Assembly: GCA_951406725.2 (NCBI GenBank)
Contig: OX597814.1
Span: forward strand, 217,124,001 to 217,188,000
Reading direction: 5' to 3'
DNA: 64,000 bases
From: Octopus vulgaris
Taxonomy: Eukaryota
Part shown: positions 37,441 through 50,428 of the stretch, one piece after another
Numbering within the stretch: the first letter of the stretch is position 1
Layout: each line of letters begins with the position of its first letter
The notes under the pieces: generated by a model
The model's input: the letters and a program-made list of their open reading frames with translations, nothing else
Database searches by the model: none
What the model was told of the DNA's origin: nothing
Program-made: the position numbers and the translations under genes

Positions 37441-38099
37441 CACACTGGTTTATACCCCAGGACTGCTTTCTGCAATGAGCTGAAAAACTTTTTAATAGCT
37501 AAGATTATCCATGTAATTAGAAGACAAAATCTCCCTGTCTAAAATCTAAGAATAACAAGTAAGGGTGATAATTTGAATATTATTGATTGAAATTTCTGAG
37601 GAATATTAACATCAAGTGCAGGTGTGGATGCATGATTGAGCATCTTGCTTCTCATCCATGTGGTCTTGTGTTCCATCCCACTGCATAGCGTCTTGGGTAT
37701 GTCATCTACTGTGTCTCCAGGCCAACCATAACCTTGTAAATGGAAAATATGTGTGTGTGTGTGTGTGTGTGTGTGTATGAGCATACCCTCCTCTTGACAT
37801 TATGTGATGGTTATAAATGAGTATCACTGTTTTACAAGTGTTCAGTTCCAGCCTTCCATGGAAAAATGTGAGGCCATGGGGTAATATTTTGCTTGGAAAC
37901 ATGTGAAGGTTGGTGACAAGAAGGGTATTCAGTCATAGAAAATGTACCTTAATAAATTCCATCAGACACATGCAAACATGGGAATGTGGATGTTAAATTA
38001 TGATGAGAATGATAAACAATGCAGCTGGGAATTAATTCCAAAAAATAGAAATAAAAATATTTATTCCAGGTCCAGGGATGGTGAGTTGAATGTTATTAC

Positions 38100-38484
38100 G
38101 GAAGCACTCCGTCGGTTACGACGACGAGGGTTTCGGTTGATCCGAATCAACGGACCAGCCTGCTCGTGAAATTAACGTGTAAGTGGCTGAGCACTCCACA
38201 GACACGTGTACCCTTAACGTAGTTCTCAGGGATATTCAGCGTGACACAGAGAGTGACAAGGCCGGCCCCTTGAAAGACAGGTACAACAGAAACAGGAAGT
38301 AAGAGTGAGAGAAAGTTGTGGTGAAAGAGTACAGCAGGGATCACCACCACCCCCTGCTGGAGCCTTGTGGAGCTTTTAGGTATTTTCGCTCAATAAACAC
38401 TCACAACGCTCAGTCTGGGAATCGAAACCGTTATCCTATGACCGCGAGTCCACTGCCCTAACCACTGGGCCATTGCGCCTCCAC
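38100..38484 (-). mobile_element. SINE family D
   Basis: 13-bp TSD TGAATGTTATTAC. Confidence 0.9.
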
Positions 38485-38799
38485 TGAATGTTATTACACC
38501 ATCATTATCATTTGACATCAGTTTCCATGCTGGCATGGGTTAGGCAGCTTGATAGGAACTGGCAAGGCCAGGGGCCACACCAGTCTGTTTTGGCATGGTT
38601 TCTACTGCCCTTCCTAATGCCAACCACTTTACAGAGTGTAGTGGGTGCTTTTTACATGACACCATCACCAGTGCTTTTTACGTGGCACCCCCACACCCAC
38701 ACCAAAGCTTTTTATGTGTCACCTTCGTTTTGGGATCTCAATTCTGTTATGGTGGGCAGGTCTTCTTGAGTACAGCAATGTGTCACATGACTATAAACT

Positions 38800-39503
38800 T
38801 TTACATCACATGACCTCAGAGCGTTGGGCCTCACTGAGGCAATGGCGAAGGACCAAGATCTCTGGAGATATGCTGTGACTGCAAAGATCCGGGCTGCTTC
38901 CTGCACCAGTTCCGCATAGCCCCTGCCCATTCAAAGTACCCTGGATCCCAGAACGTCCCGCTGTGCTTGAGGAGACCTGTTGAGATAAGTACATGTACAT
39001 GAACATCGAAATAAATATCAATGGAAATAGTAGTTGTGATACCTGTGCCGGTGGCACATAAAGAGCACCATCCGAATGTGGCTGTAGCCAGCGCCGCCTC
39101 GACTGGCTTCTGTGCCGGTAGCACATAAAAAGCACCATCCGAACGTGGCCGATGCCAGCGGCGCCCCGATTGGCTCCTGTGCCGGTGGCACATAAAAAGC
39201 ACCATCCGAACGTGGCCGTTGCCAGTGATGCCTTGGCTGGCTTCCGTGCCGGTGGCACGTTAAAAGCTCCAACCGATCGTGGCCGATGCCGGACTTCCCC
39301 CGGCATCTGTGCAGGTGGCACATAAAAGCACCCACTACACTCGCGGAGTGGTTGGCATTAGGAAGGGCATCCAGCTGTAGAAACTCTGCCAGATCAGACT
39401 GGAGCCTGGTGCTGCCCCTGGCTTCCCAGACCCCGGTCAAACCATCCAACCCGTGCTAGCGCGGAAAACGGACGTTTAAACGATGATGATGATGATGATG
39501 ATG
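38800..39503 (+). mobile_element. SINE-like family C, longest copy (5 units)
   Basis: Five 62-67-bp units at 39045-39335, family C block, (GAT)n tail; 5' boundary approximate. Confidence 0.8.
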
Positions 39504-39528
39504 AGAGAAGTGTTTGTCTTAAAAGTAT

Positions 39529-40008
39529 TGTAGCGGCACAAGCAGTCAGCGCCATATTGGACGAGATCTCGCAGCAGCCATTGCCATCTCCAAGACTGGA
39601 GTGAGACCTCACCTGCATCCATTTGCCATGTGCAAGATCACAACGAGGCTCGTGGTGGAAAACTGTGTATATTGGGAAAACCCGATTCAGAGTGGTCTCT
39701 TTTGGTGCCGCTACACAGCAGCGCTGGCTGAACACCACCACTGGCTGGTCCTGTCTGTAGGTTGTATCTCCAGAGGCAATGCATCCGCACTAACAGAGCG
39801 ACTACACAATGCACACAGCTAAAGGTGGTTGCTGAGAGCAGCACACTTCACCTATCCTGGGAAACCTGTAAATAAACCAGTTGTAAATTGCATTTGTACT
39901 TGAGGTCTTCTCTCTTCACCTGCCGGAAGCCTGAACTACACGAAGAACAAAAAGATGATGGAAGGAGACGATTTTCTTCCGATATCGTAAACCTTGCCTT
40001 CCGTTATA
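39529..40008 (+). mobile_element. Solo LTR (Gypsy-like)
   Basis: TGTAGCGG...CCGTTATA inverted termini (TG..CA with a C>T change), 4-bp TSD GTAT, internal AATAAA at about 39871, GC-richer than flanks. Confidence 0.65.
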
Positions 40009-40853
40009 GTATTGACATATTTTGATGTATTTGAGAATATTTTTACTTATATATATTATACACATGCTTATTATATTGGCATGCTATTTCATCTACTTCA
40101 ATCATTTGAATAATTGGTAATGTGGGACCCAAATGATTTCAGATGTTGTAGCTTGTAATAAAGTACATGTTCTCTATGTTTAGAGTACACTCTTTGTGAA
40201 CCCAAGTACTCAGTAAACCATTATAAAAGAAATATAGAATGAAAAAGGACATCTGAACAAGATAGGAGAGAAGAATACAAACGAAAATGTAATCTAGACA
40301 GAGACAAAAGTTGTGACAAAGTAGAATGGATATTTTAAAGGGTGTTGGAAGAGAATCAGGAAGAGATTCTAAAATTAAAATTAAAAGGAACAAAAAAAAA
40401 AATATTGTGTTCGTCTGGAACGATGAGAGACAGAAAATGTTCATCCTATTGCCATGCTGTTAGGAACTGTTGACCTATATGAAGTTGATTCACTGACTAT
40501 CTGGCCTAAATTCTGAAACTGAGATAATTGACTACCATCACATACAAAGGTTTTGCTGGCTGGCTGGCTGGGCTCGCTTTGGGTTTGGGATCTTGGTTAT
40601 TCTTGTCACTGTTGTAGTAGTAATATAATGTTCGTAGTTGCACTTATAGTAGTGGTGGTACTTGTTTTGGTGGTTGTTATAGTAGTTAGGGCAGTGGCTG
40701 TGAATTGTAGTAGTAAAGATATCTATATAATGATTAGAATGGCAGACAAGTTCTGTATAAAGAAAATATGTCAATAACCTTATCTATCACTTTCCCAGCT
40801 AACATCAACAAAAAATAATAGTTGGCAAAGATTATATATATACATATATATAT

Positions 40854-40889
<36 letters not shown>

Positions 40890-41114
40890 CCCAACTAACA
40901 TCAGCAAAAAATAAAAATATATATATATATATATATATATATCAACTTTAGCATATCTGCCAGTATATCTTCAAAGCAAATTAGAACTATATTGGTACTG
41001 ATGCTATCTGCATATGAACTTTAAAAAATATAAAAGTTCCTCCTTAGAACACTGCTGCTGATTCTGTAAGTTTGATATGATATGTAACCTTTTAAATCAT
41101 GGAAAGATACAAGC

Positions 41115-41159
<45 letters not shown>

Positions 41160-41273
41160 CCTACCTATCTATCTACCTACCTATCTATCTGCCTATCTAT
41201 CCATCCATCTATCTACCTATCTATCTACCTATCTATCCATCTGTCTATCTATCTGTCTATCTATCTATCTATC
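41115..41273. repeat. (ATCT/ACCT)n microsatellite
   Basis: Directly visible. Confidence 0.95.
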
Positions 41274-41521
41274 AACGTAAAATAGTTTTTAGCAGTCTAA
41301 TAATATATTTGCCAGCATTGTGCAAATTGAGACAAGATGCTTTGAAGATTCTGGGTGGTCCAGGTGCTAGAAAAGTATTCTTTAACTCTTTTCCCTCTTG
41401 AAGAAGAGGTACTTGTCCAAGTAACAATTTGGAACACCTACCAAGTACGCATGTGCAGACAACACACTAACAAATCCAAGATATAATTAAATTAATTTTA
41501 CCTATAATATTGATATTATGT

Positions 41522-41738
41522 AAGGTGGTGAGCTGGCAGAAACATTAGTATGCCGGGTGAAATGCTTAGCAGTATTTCATCTGTCTTTATGTTCTGAGTT
41601 CAAATTCCACCGAGGTTGACTTTACCTTTCATCCTTTTGGAGTCAATAAATTAAGTACCAGTTGTGTTCTGGAGTCGATTTAATTGACTGGCTCTCTCCC
41701 CGCAAATTTCAGGCCTTGTGCCTAGAGTAGAAAAGAAT
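41522..41738 (+). mobile_element. SINE family B
   Basis: Family B homology; AATATTGATATTATG repeated at both flanks. Confidence 0.82.
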
Positions 41739-41974
41739 ATTGATATTATGAAAACATCATTATTGTCCTCTTTTAACAACCATTTTTCAGGTTTGCATGG
41801 AAATTGCAGAGGCAGATTTTTCTTTGCTAGATGTCCTTCCTGTCAGCAACTTTCACCTATTTCCAAGCAAGGTAATATTTTTTTCCATAGCTAGATATGT
41901 TTTGTCCCCGATATGTTTTGTATAACAATGGTGCCCTTGTGATGTGCAGTCAAGGGTACAAATAAAAACACGTG

Positions 41975-42012
<38 letters not shown>

Positions 42013-42139
42013 ATGGGCTTCCTCAGTTTCCATTTACAAGGTTTTGGTTGGCCTGTGGCTATAGTATATTTATAACATATACCTCTCTCTCTATATATAT
42101 ATATACATTTGTGTATCTATATGTGCATATTTATATATA

Positions 42140-42638
42140 ATCAAATCAAAATCGATGAACATCAATGGAATTTGTATTTTTGTGGTACCAGTGCCGGTGG
42201 CACATAAGAAAACCATCCGAACGTGGCCGTAGCCAGTACCGCATCGACTGGCCTCCGTGCTGTGGGCACGTAACAAACACCATCCGATCGTGGGCGTGCC
42301 AGCCTCGCCTGGCCTCCGTACTGGTGGCATGTAAAAAACACCATCCGAGCGTGGCCGTTCGCCAGCCTCGTCTGGCACCTGTGTCGATGGCACACAAAAA
42401 AACACATCCGAGCGTGGCCGTTCGCCAGCCTCGTCTGGCACCTGTGTCGGTGGCACATAAAAAGCACCCACTACACTCACGGAGTAGTTGGCGTTAGGAA
42501 GGGCATCCAGCTGTAGAAACACTGCCAGATCTGACTGGAGCCTGGTGCAGCCTTCTGGCTTCCCAGACCCCAGTTGAACCGTCCAACCCATGCTAGCATG
42601 GAAAGCGGACGTTAACCGATGATGATGATGATGATGAT
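42140..42638 (+). mobile_element. SINE-like family C (5 units)
   Basis: Units at 42192-42470, (GAT)n tail. Confidence 0.8.
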
Positions 42639-42747
42639 CAAGCCTAATCCTGTTTATTTGCATCAATGTTTATATACATACATACACACATATATATATC
42701 AAATCAACTCACAAGGCATTGGTGAGCCCAAGGCTAAAGTAGAAGTT

Positions 42748-42796
<49 letters not shown>

Positions 42797-43164
42797 ATGG
42801 GCTTCCTCAGTTTCCATTTACAAGGTTTTGGTTGGCCTGTGGCTATAGAAGATAACACATGCCCAAAGTACCATGCAGTGGGACTGAACCCAAGACCACA
42901 TGATTGGAGAGCAAGCTCCTTAACCACACAGCTGTGCCTGGAATGTACAAGAGAATTAGGTACTTTTTGGTTATCTCACCCCCCCCCCACCCATTAAAAA
43001 ATTGCCATTAAAAACTGGGTTACCTCCCCACTAAAAAAAAATCAAGTTAATATGGTGACAAGAGATTCGATTAATAGAGTTAGATCCTTTTGATTCAATA
43101 CTTCAACACATTAATGATGATTGGCCTCATCAATAGGCATGGTATGATTTGTTATTGAAAAGTT

Positions 43165-43551
43165 GAGTGGCTGTGTGGTAAGTAGCTTGCTTACCAACCA
43201 CATGGTTCCGGGTTCAGTCCCACTGCGTGGCATCTTGGGCAAGTGTCTTCTGCTATAGCCTCGGGCTGACCAATGCCTTGTGAGTGGATTTGGTAGACGG
43301 AAACTGAAAGAAGCCTGTCGTATATATGTATATATATGTGTGTGTGTATATGTTTGTGTCTGTGTTTGTCCCTCTAGCATTGCTTGACAACCGATGCTGG
43401 TGTGTTTACGTCCCTGTCACTTAGCGGTTCGGCAAAAGAGACCGCTAGAATAAGTACTGGGCTTACAAAGAATAAGTCCTGGGGTTGATTTGCTTGACTA
43501 AAGGCGGTGCTCCAGCATGGCCGCAGTCAAATGACTGAAACAAGTAAAAGA
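43165..43551 (+). mobile_element. SINE family A, slightly 5'-truncated
   Basis: Homology to 291-700. Confidence 0.85.
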
Positions 43552-43847
43552 AAAAATAATGATTGTGATCACTTGTCTCGACATCATGTGACTGTTGTAA
43601 ATGAATGTCATTTGTTTCCATGTTGGTCATGGGGGAATATTACCTTATTTGGCAACAGGAAATGCTCCAACCATAAAGAAACCAAACTATCAGATTCGTT
43701 CACAGAAAAAGCGGATGTTAAAATAATGATGATTATAGGTGGTTAATTAGAATATTGGATAGAATGATGGAACAAATACCATGTTTTGAAGAAAAAAAGG
43801 TTAAATCAAGTAGTGTCTAATTTTGTTCAGTGGTTTACATCAGTCAT

Positions 43848-44243
43848 GTGCAGGTGGCACATAAAAAGCACCATCCCAACGTGGCCGATGCCAGCGCTGC
43901 CCCGACTGGCTTCTGTGCCGGTGGCACATAAAAAGCACCATCCGAACGTGGCCGTTGCCAGCGACGCCTTAGCTGGCTTCCATGCTGGTGGCACGTTAAA
44001 AGCTCCAACCGATCGTGGCCGATGCCGGACCGCCCTGGCACCTGTGCAGGTGGCACGTAAAAAAGCACCCACTACACTCGCGGAGTGGTTGGCGTTAGGA
44101 AGTGCATCCAGCTGTAGAAACCCTGCCAGATCAGACTGGAGTCTGGTGCAGCCCCTGGCTTCCCAGACCCCCGGTCGAACAGTCCAACCCGTGCTAGCAC
44201 GGAAAACAGACGTGAAACGATGATGATGATGATGATGATGATG
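43848..44243 (+). mobile_element. SINE-like family C (4 units)
   Basis: Units, family C block, (GAT)n tail. Confidence 0.8.
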
Positions 44244-44754
44244 TCGTGTTTCTATTCATTGATAACACAATGTCCTCCTCCTCCTCCTCTTCTAATGTTG
44301 ATAAAGATTTCAGTGAAAGTACAAACCTATAACCAGTTCAAATATGCCTGACGCATATTCACTGTGTTTTGTGTTGGGAGAAAATTTCTCAGTAGAGAAA
44401 TGTGTGTAAATACAGTGAATCAACTCATAGCTAAAGACCTAAGGAAAGATCACTGATCTGTCCCGGTGCATCATGGGATGATGTATGGAAAAGAGCATAA
44501 TATAATGAAGCAGGTTTAAATAATATAATTCTTTGGTGTAAGTCACTCCATGTCATTGTGACGCCCCCTAAACATACATGAATGATATTTACAAAACCTG
44601 TATCCTCAAAAGACTTTCAACATAATGCACGTAAGTGAATAAGGGATCTTCTCATGGTTGCTTAGCATGTTAGAAAGAGCAGCTAAATCTGTCTGAAATT
44701 CCATTCTATTCCATCATCTTCAAAGAAGAACACAGTGAATAATGTAATTTAGTA

Positions 44755-45172
44755 TAGGTGTAGGTGTAGCTGTGTGGTAAAAAGTTTGCTCCCCAACCAC
44801 ATGGTTTCAGGTTCAGTCTCACTGCATGGTATCTTGGGCAAGTGTCTTCTACTATAGCCCTGGGTTGACCAAAGTCTTGTGAGTCAATTTAGCAGATGGA
44901 AACTGAAAGAAGCCTGTCATACGTACATGTGTATGTGTATGTATACTTATGTGTGTGTGTTTTTGAGTTTGTTTCCACCACCACCACCACCACCACTACC
45001 ACCATTTGACAACTGGTGTTGGTTTGTTTACATCCCCATAACTTATCAGTTCAAGTAAAAGACACTGATAGAATAAATAACAGGGTTGCAAAAAATAAGT
45101 ACAGGAGTTGATTTGTTTACCTAAAACCCTTCATGGCTGCAGTCCAATGAGTGAAGCAAGTGTAAGACGAAA
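44755..45172 (+). mobile_element. SINE family A, older subfamily
   Basis: Diverged, CpG-depleted homologue. Confidence 0.75.
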
Positions 45173-46113
45173 GATGTTCACAGTGCCAGAAAAAAGATGG
45201 TGTGGTCACAGCACTTGTATGCATTTGACTTGATTAGGGCTGATGTGGGGTAAGCAATGATAACAGCAACAACAACAACACTGCACACACTCCAAACAGT
45301 AGCTGTGAGTGATAGAGCATATCACACGTGTTGAAGCAGAACCCTCTAAGTATAACAACCTTTTATATAAGACTTTGATATCAGGAAAAATAACAAGGAA
45401 AACAGATCCCTAACAATCAACAGTAACTGATAAAACTGATGAAAAGACCAACAATGACGATGACGATGACGACCACAATGCCACCCCTACCACAATACTT
45501 CAAGAATGACAACAATAACAACAGCAACAAACATAGATTATTTATTACGCAAATAGCTATCTAATCAAAACAATAAAATAAACATGGTAGGTGTCTGAAG
45601 GAAATAGGTTTGCGAACACAAATATTTGAAGAACATATATATGTCTCTGAAGAATATAGAAAAATATGATTTCTAATATAGGGCAAAAGGTCACAGATTT
45701 TAGGGGTAGGGGTTCAGTGTAGTCATAAAGAAATATAAATATTATGGCAACGCGTTTCGTCTGGCACTCAACCAATTCTGATATTCCACCTTGTACAAAA
45801 TAATTATTCTGCTGTTTTGTGCAGTCTCAGTGCTACCTTGATGAAGCAAACTAATAATCAGAAGTATTCCTCAAGTGACCACCCTTTCATTTTATGTATG
45901 TGTGTGGTGGTGGTGGTGGTGGGGGTACCCAAGATTCTATTATTCAGTATGTCTTTCCTTTTATAAAAATGATGGGGCATGATTTCTGAGAGATTTGGCT
46001 ACTATTTCTTGTAGGCCTAATTATCACAAACACATTCCTTCTTAGAAAAAGGAATATTATTTTCTTACAAGTCATGTGACATCAGCATTTAGGAGAAGCA
46101 TTTAGTTGCTTAA

Positions 46114-46334
46114 CACTTTCATTACTGTATTTATTTTGAGTTGCTCTGTGTTTCTTTCAATTATTTTAAATATAACAAAGAATTTAATAAAATAACATTG
46201 TTATCATTAAGCTAGTGTTAGGAACATAAATTGTGATGAAGATTTGGTGGAAGATTTTAATTCAAAATTTATGAAAACAAGACATTTGTACTACAGAGCC
46301 AGAGCCGGTTTCAGCTGGGTTGGTGATGAAAGGG
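46114..46334. mobile_element. piggyBac-like MITE
   Basis: TTAA flanks; inverted homologue of 4547-4760. Confidence 0.78.
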
Positions 46335-47082
46335 TTAAATCTAATCATATATTTGAGTGGTGATTATTTTATCTCTATAGGGAGGGAAGGTAAAGTTGAG
46401 TGCAGAGGATTTTGAACTCAGTATATAAAAGGAAACTAAATACCACAAAATATATTTCTTTCTCCTGATGCCTTACCATTCTAATACTCACAGCCTCTGC
46501 TTTCTACCATGGCCACAAGATTTTGTGAAAGAATATATTTGACTCCAGTATTTGACTGGATCTTTATTTTGTAAGCCCCAGAATGAAAGAAGATAAAGTC
46601 AACCTCAATTGAACACAGAAAGTAAAGAAATGTAAAATTAAGGTGATGATAATAATAATGGTAATTATTTTGATGACGATGATGTCAATAACAATGATGA
46701 TGATGAAGAGGACAATGGTAATGTTGAGGATGATGACAATGATAATGATGAGTATGTTGCCACAAATGAGGATGGTGATAAATTCTTCTTTTGCTTCAAG
46801 GTCAGAACATAAAATGTTGCCCCAAAAAGGTAGTATTAGAGACAAAAATATAGCAGTTATAAAAAACACAACCATGCATAAATAATGGAAAGCTATTATA
46901 AATGCAAAATATCTATTAAAAGTATAAAAATTAAATAGAATTCTAATGAAAGAACAAAATTACTATCTAAAATTTCAAACCCAAAGTAAACTCTGTGCTT
47001 CAATTTATAACAGAAATAGGAGGGACAAAGGAATACTTTAAAAGCAGCCTTAAATTACCTCAAACTTGTCATTCTACTAGCT

Positions 47083-47937
47083 TAGGGGTTTCTCACCTGG
47101 AGTGTATATGGCCCTTGGGGGTCCATATAAGATTTTGTTGCTAAAATTTATCTGCAATAAATAGGTTATACTTCTGCAACACATAAGTATTTTAACAACA
47201 TTTTACACAATTCCTAATAATATCTTCTTTATATATAAAAGTGAAGTTGTGTGTCTGTCTCCTACGATTTAGATTCCTAACTACTCCCACATTTTGCGGT
47301 GCAGTTTAACCAAAACCGGGTATCTTATAGTCGTGATTCATATCGAGCCCTTCTGGGTATTAGCACGCGTCTACGATGAGTCTATGATTTAAAAAAAAAA
47401 TTACCATAATTTTTTTTCCATTTTAATGCATTTTTTTCGCTATTATATAAGGGAAGTAACTCTCTAAAATGTCTACGATGAGTCAACGATTTTTAAAAAA
47501 ATTTACCATCATTTTTTTTCCATTTTTAATGCATTTTATGTCATTTTTTGGCTATAACTCTCTAAAAATGCTTATATAGTTATTTCCCTTACAAACCCGA
47601 GCAACGTCGGGAGATTCTGCTAGTTTAATTATAAAAATGATTTTTTTAAATAGTAAAGCGAGTAGCCTCATCAAAGTGACAGTTGAACGTTACTACTAGT
47701 TTAACCCCAGGCAGATTCTCTACCAGCTGGTTTTTGGTGCAAAGTTCTGCAGTGTTTATATACAATACATTGCTATCAGGGGGAGCAAACCCCTATTACC
47801 CTCCAGCAGCTAACAGGATCGTGGGACTGGCCCAGTTTCGAGCTTTTTTTTTTAAACATCAAATAACTAGAAGAGTCCATTCAAGTAATATAGGAATCAA
47901 AAAGTTCCATAGGTAAAAAAATGGTAGAGACACTCTG
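47083..47937. mobile_element. hAT MITE (same family as 6582-7101) carrying a Helitron
   Basis: TIR TAGGGGTTTCTCACC / GGTAGAGACACTCTG; degenerate TSD TACTAGCT / CACTTGCT; shared GGGGTCCATATAA and ATAGGAAT..AAAG..CCATAG.TAAAAAATGGTAGAG blocks. Confidence 0.65.
47223..47623 (+). mobile_element. Non-autonomous Helitron H2
   Basis: A|TCTTCTTTATATATAAAA ... CCCGAGCAACGTCGGG hairpin ... CTAG|T; internal tandem duplication of about 100 bp. Confidence 0.85.
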
Positions 47938-49513
47938 CACTTGCTAGAATATGGTGAATGGATTGCTGTCAACTTTTTGAACTAAGAAAACTAGATTCCC
48001 TTTAGTTTTTCAAATTGCTTGTGATATCTGTTGGCTATAATTCCTAACAGACATGATACCAGTTTGTAGAAATGGGGTGGGATTTGAACTCAGAATGTAT
48101 AATGCTAAAAGAGGTACCACAAGCCATCCAATTCTACACTAACAAATCTACCAACTCACTACCCTGAATGAGTATTTTTTTTTTTTATTGTCCCACCCTG
48201 AATGAGAGGTAAAGTTGACATTAGGATCTGAACTCAAAGTGCAGAGTTGTAACAACTACTGTGAGGTATTTCTATCCAGCACCCTAATGACTCTGCCAAT
48301 TCACTACCTAGAAATAGTAACCAAATATATACCTCATATAACACCTATAGTTTTAAAAGAGGAAAAACACATTGGATAATGCAGTAATTCTTGATATACT
48401 ATATCAGAAGAAAAGAAAAAACAAAAACTGATTGGATGGTCATGACTGGATCACAGTTTAGTTTATCTGGACTAAAAAGCAATAACTACAACAATAAAGT
48501 AAAGAAACTGGCAGTGGTGGTAGATAAACAGTTTTGAAGAATTTTTTACATATACACAAAGGACACATATGGGTTTACCTATGGAGCGATTCTTTGTGAT
48601 GTATTTGGTGTAATAACGGTAAATCCATGGTTCCAAAGTATTCTCTTCCTTTACTTAGTGAAAATATCGCTGCAATTTTTATCGTTATAAAAACATGCAT
48701 GTATATGTTTCCTTGTATGTGTGAGTGTTGTTTAGCATCAGGTTGTCCCTGGTGGAGCAAAACTATAATCAAATATATTTTAGCCATGACATTTCCATTT
48801 TGTCTTTCTTTTCTATTTTCAGATGTAGTGTATCATAGTAGATTAAAATCTTCCTTATCTAATATGCCCTTTCATTTTTACGACAGTGGGGTAAGATTTG
48901 AAGAAGATTTGGCTGCCATTTCTAAAAGACTTAATGACCGCATTGGCATGTGTGTGTGTTAAATTGTGCTTTTGGTCATTAGCTGACTTTGAAAATATTA
49001 TTTTTCTTCATCCATTCATAAGAAACTATATTAACTACAGAAGAGCAGTATGCAAGAGCTTTGTAATGTAACTGTAGGTATATAAGTCACAGGAGATTGG
49101 AATTGGTTTAGTTCTGAAAGCAATTAATTAGATTTTCTTCACGCTTTGTCTATACCCGCATAGATTCCAGTGGCTCCATATAATTGAATATGAAATATAA
49201 ATTGTGACAAACAGATAAAGAAAGCCAGATAGACAGATAGGAAAGTAGCTAGAATGGAAAAGATGAAAAGAGGAAGAATTGGGATGAAAGTAAAGTCTTG
49301 TCTTAATCCGGTGTCTGAGCAGATGTAGAAAAGTGTGAGATAGCATTTCTTGATAGGAAGAAAAGTGTAGGGGTGTGTGTGTGTGTGTGTGTGAATAATC
49401 AGGATCTCAACAACCATCCTGGGTCAATCTGATAAGAAGAATTGATTAGCAGAAGATGTGACGAGGTTCAGTGATAAGTAATGTAAAACTGGATAAGAGG
49501 AGGTAAATAGGGA

Positions 49514-49554
<41 letters not shown>

Positions 49555-49628
49555 TATGATAAAAACACAGAAAGTTCTTTATATATATATATACACACCC
49601 CCACATTTATGTATATATATATAGAGAG

Positions 49629-49660
<32 letters not shown>

Positions 49661-49703
49661 GTGGGTGAGGGTGTGTGTATACATATATATATATATAATG
49701 TGG

Positions 49704-49742
<39 letters not shown>

Positions 49743-49744
<2 letters not shown>

Positions 49745-49955
49745 CTCTTTTACTCTCTTTTATTTGTTTCAGTCATTTGACTGCGGCCATGCTGGAGCAC
49801 CGCCTTTGATCAAGCAACTCGACCCAGGCACTTATTCTTTGTAAGCCCAGCACTTATTCTATCGGTCTGTTTTACTGAATCGCTAAGTGACGGGGACATA
49901 AACACACCAGTATCAGTTGTCAAGCAATGCTAGGGGGACAAACACAGACACACAA

Positions 49956-49999
<44 letters not shown>

Positions 50000-50113
50000 C
50001 ATATATACGACGGGCTATAGTAGAAGACACTTGCCCAAGGTGCCACGCAGTGGGACTGAACCTGGAACCATGTGGTTGATAAACAAGCTACTTACCAAAC
50101 AGCCACTCCTGCG

Positions 50114-50116
<3 letters not shown>
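49743..50116 (-). mobile_element. SINE family A with an internal deletion
   Basis: Homology to 291-700. Confidence 0.85.
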
Positions 50117-50164
<48 letters not shown>

Positions 50165-50168
<4 letters not shown>

Positions 50169-50379
50169 AATTAGTCAATCCAAACATGAACAAGCAAGAA
50201 AAAACAACAACAATGCGAGGACATGGAATAAGTACAGTGTTATTGGATGCTCAGGAAAGGAAAGAAAAGAAAGAGGATTTCACGTTTTGAGTGGAGCTCC
50301 TCATCAGAAATATAGAAAAAGTTCAAAGAAGGGAAGACAGGGAAAGAAAATTGCCAACGATACACACGCGGTCACATAT

Positions 50380-50385
<6 letters not shown>
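50165..50385 (-). mobile_element. Penelope-like remnant with a decayed hammerhead (50277-50311)
   Basis: Between (TA)n tracts; minus strand ATTT-CTGATGA-GGAGCTCCACTC-AAAAC-GTG-AAAT. Confidence 0.55.

Positions 50386-50428
<43 letters not shown>

Noticed and set aside
39045-39335. CRISPR-like array or HDV-like ribozyme in family C units
   Set aside because: The context is eukaryotic with no cas genes, and the variable parts are only 6-13 nt and related to each other. The GCC-TCGCCT-GGC and CGAA resemblance to HDV lacks a P1 helix, P1.1 and a correctly placed J4/2.
45745-45778. CGAAACGCGTT hammerhead half on the minus strand
   Set aside because: No CUGANGA box upstream; too decayed to call.
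48540-48750. CpG-retaining patch with open frames on both strands (minus MDLPLLHQIHHKESLH before a GT donor at 48578; plus DTYGFTYGAILCDVFGVIT)
   Set aside because: The strand is ambiguous, acceptors are weak and no protein family is recognisable. It cannot be supported as CDS without RNA-seq or tblastx.
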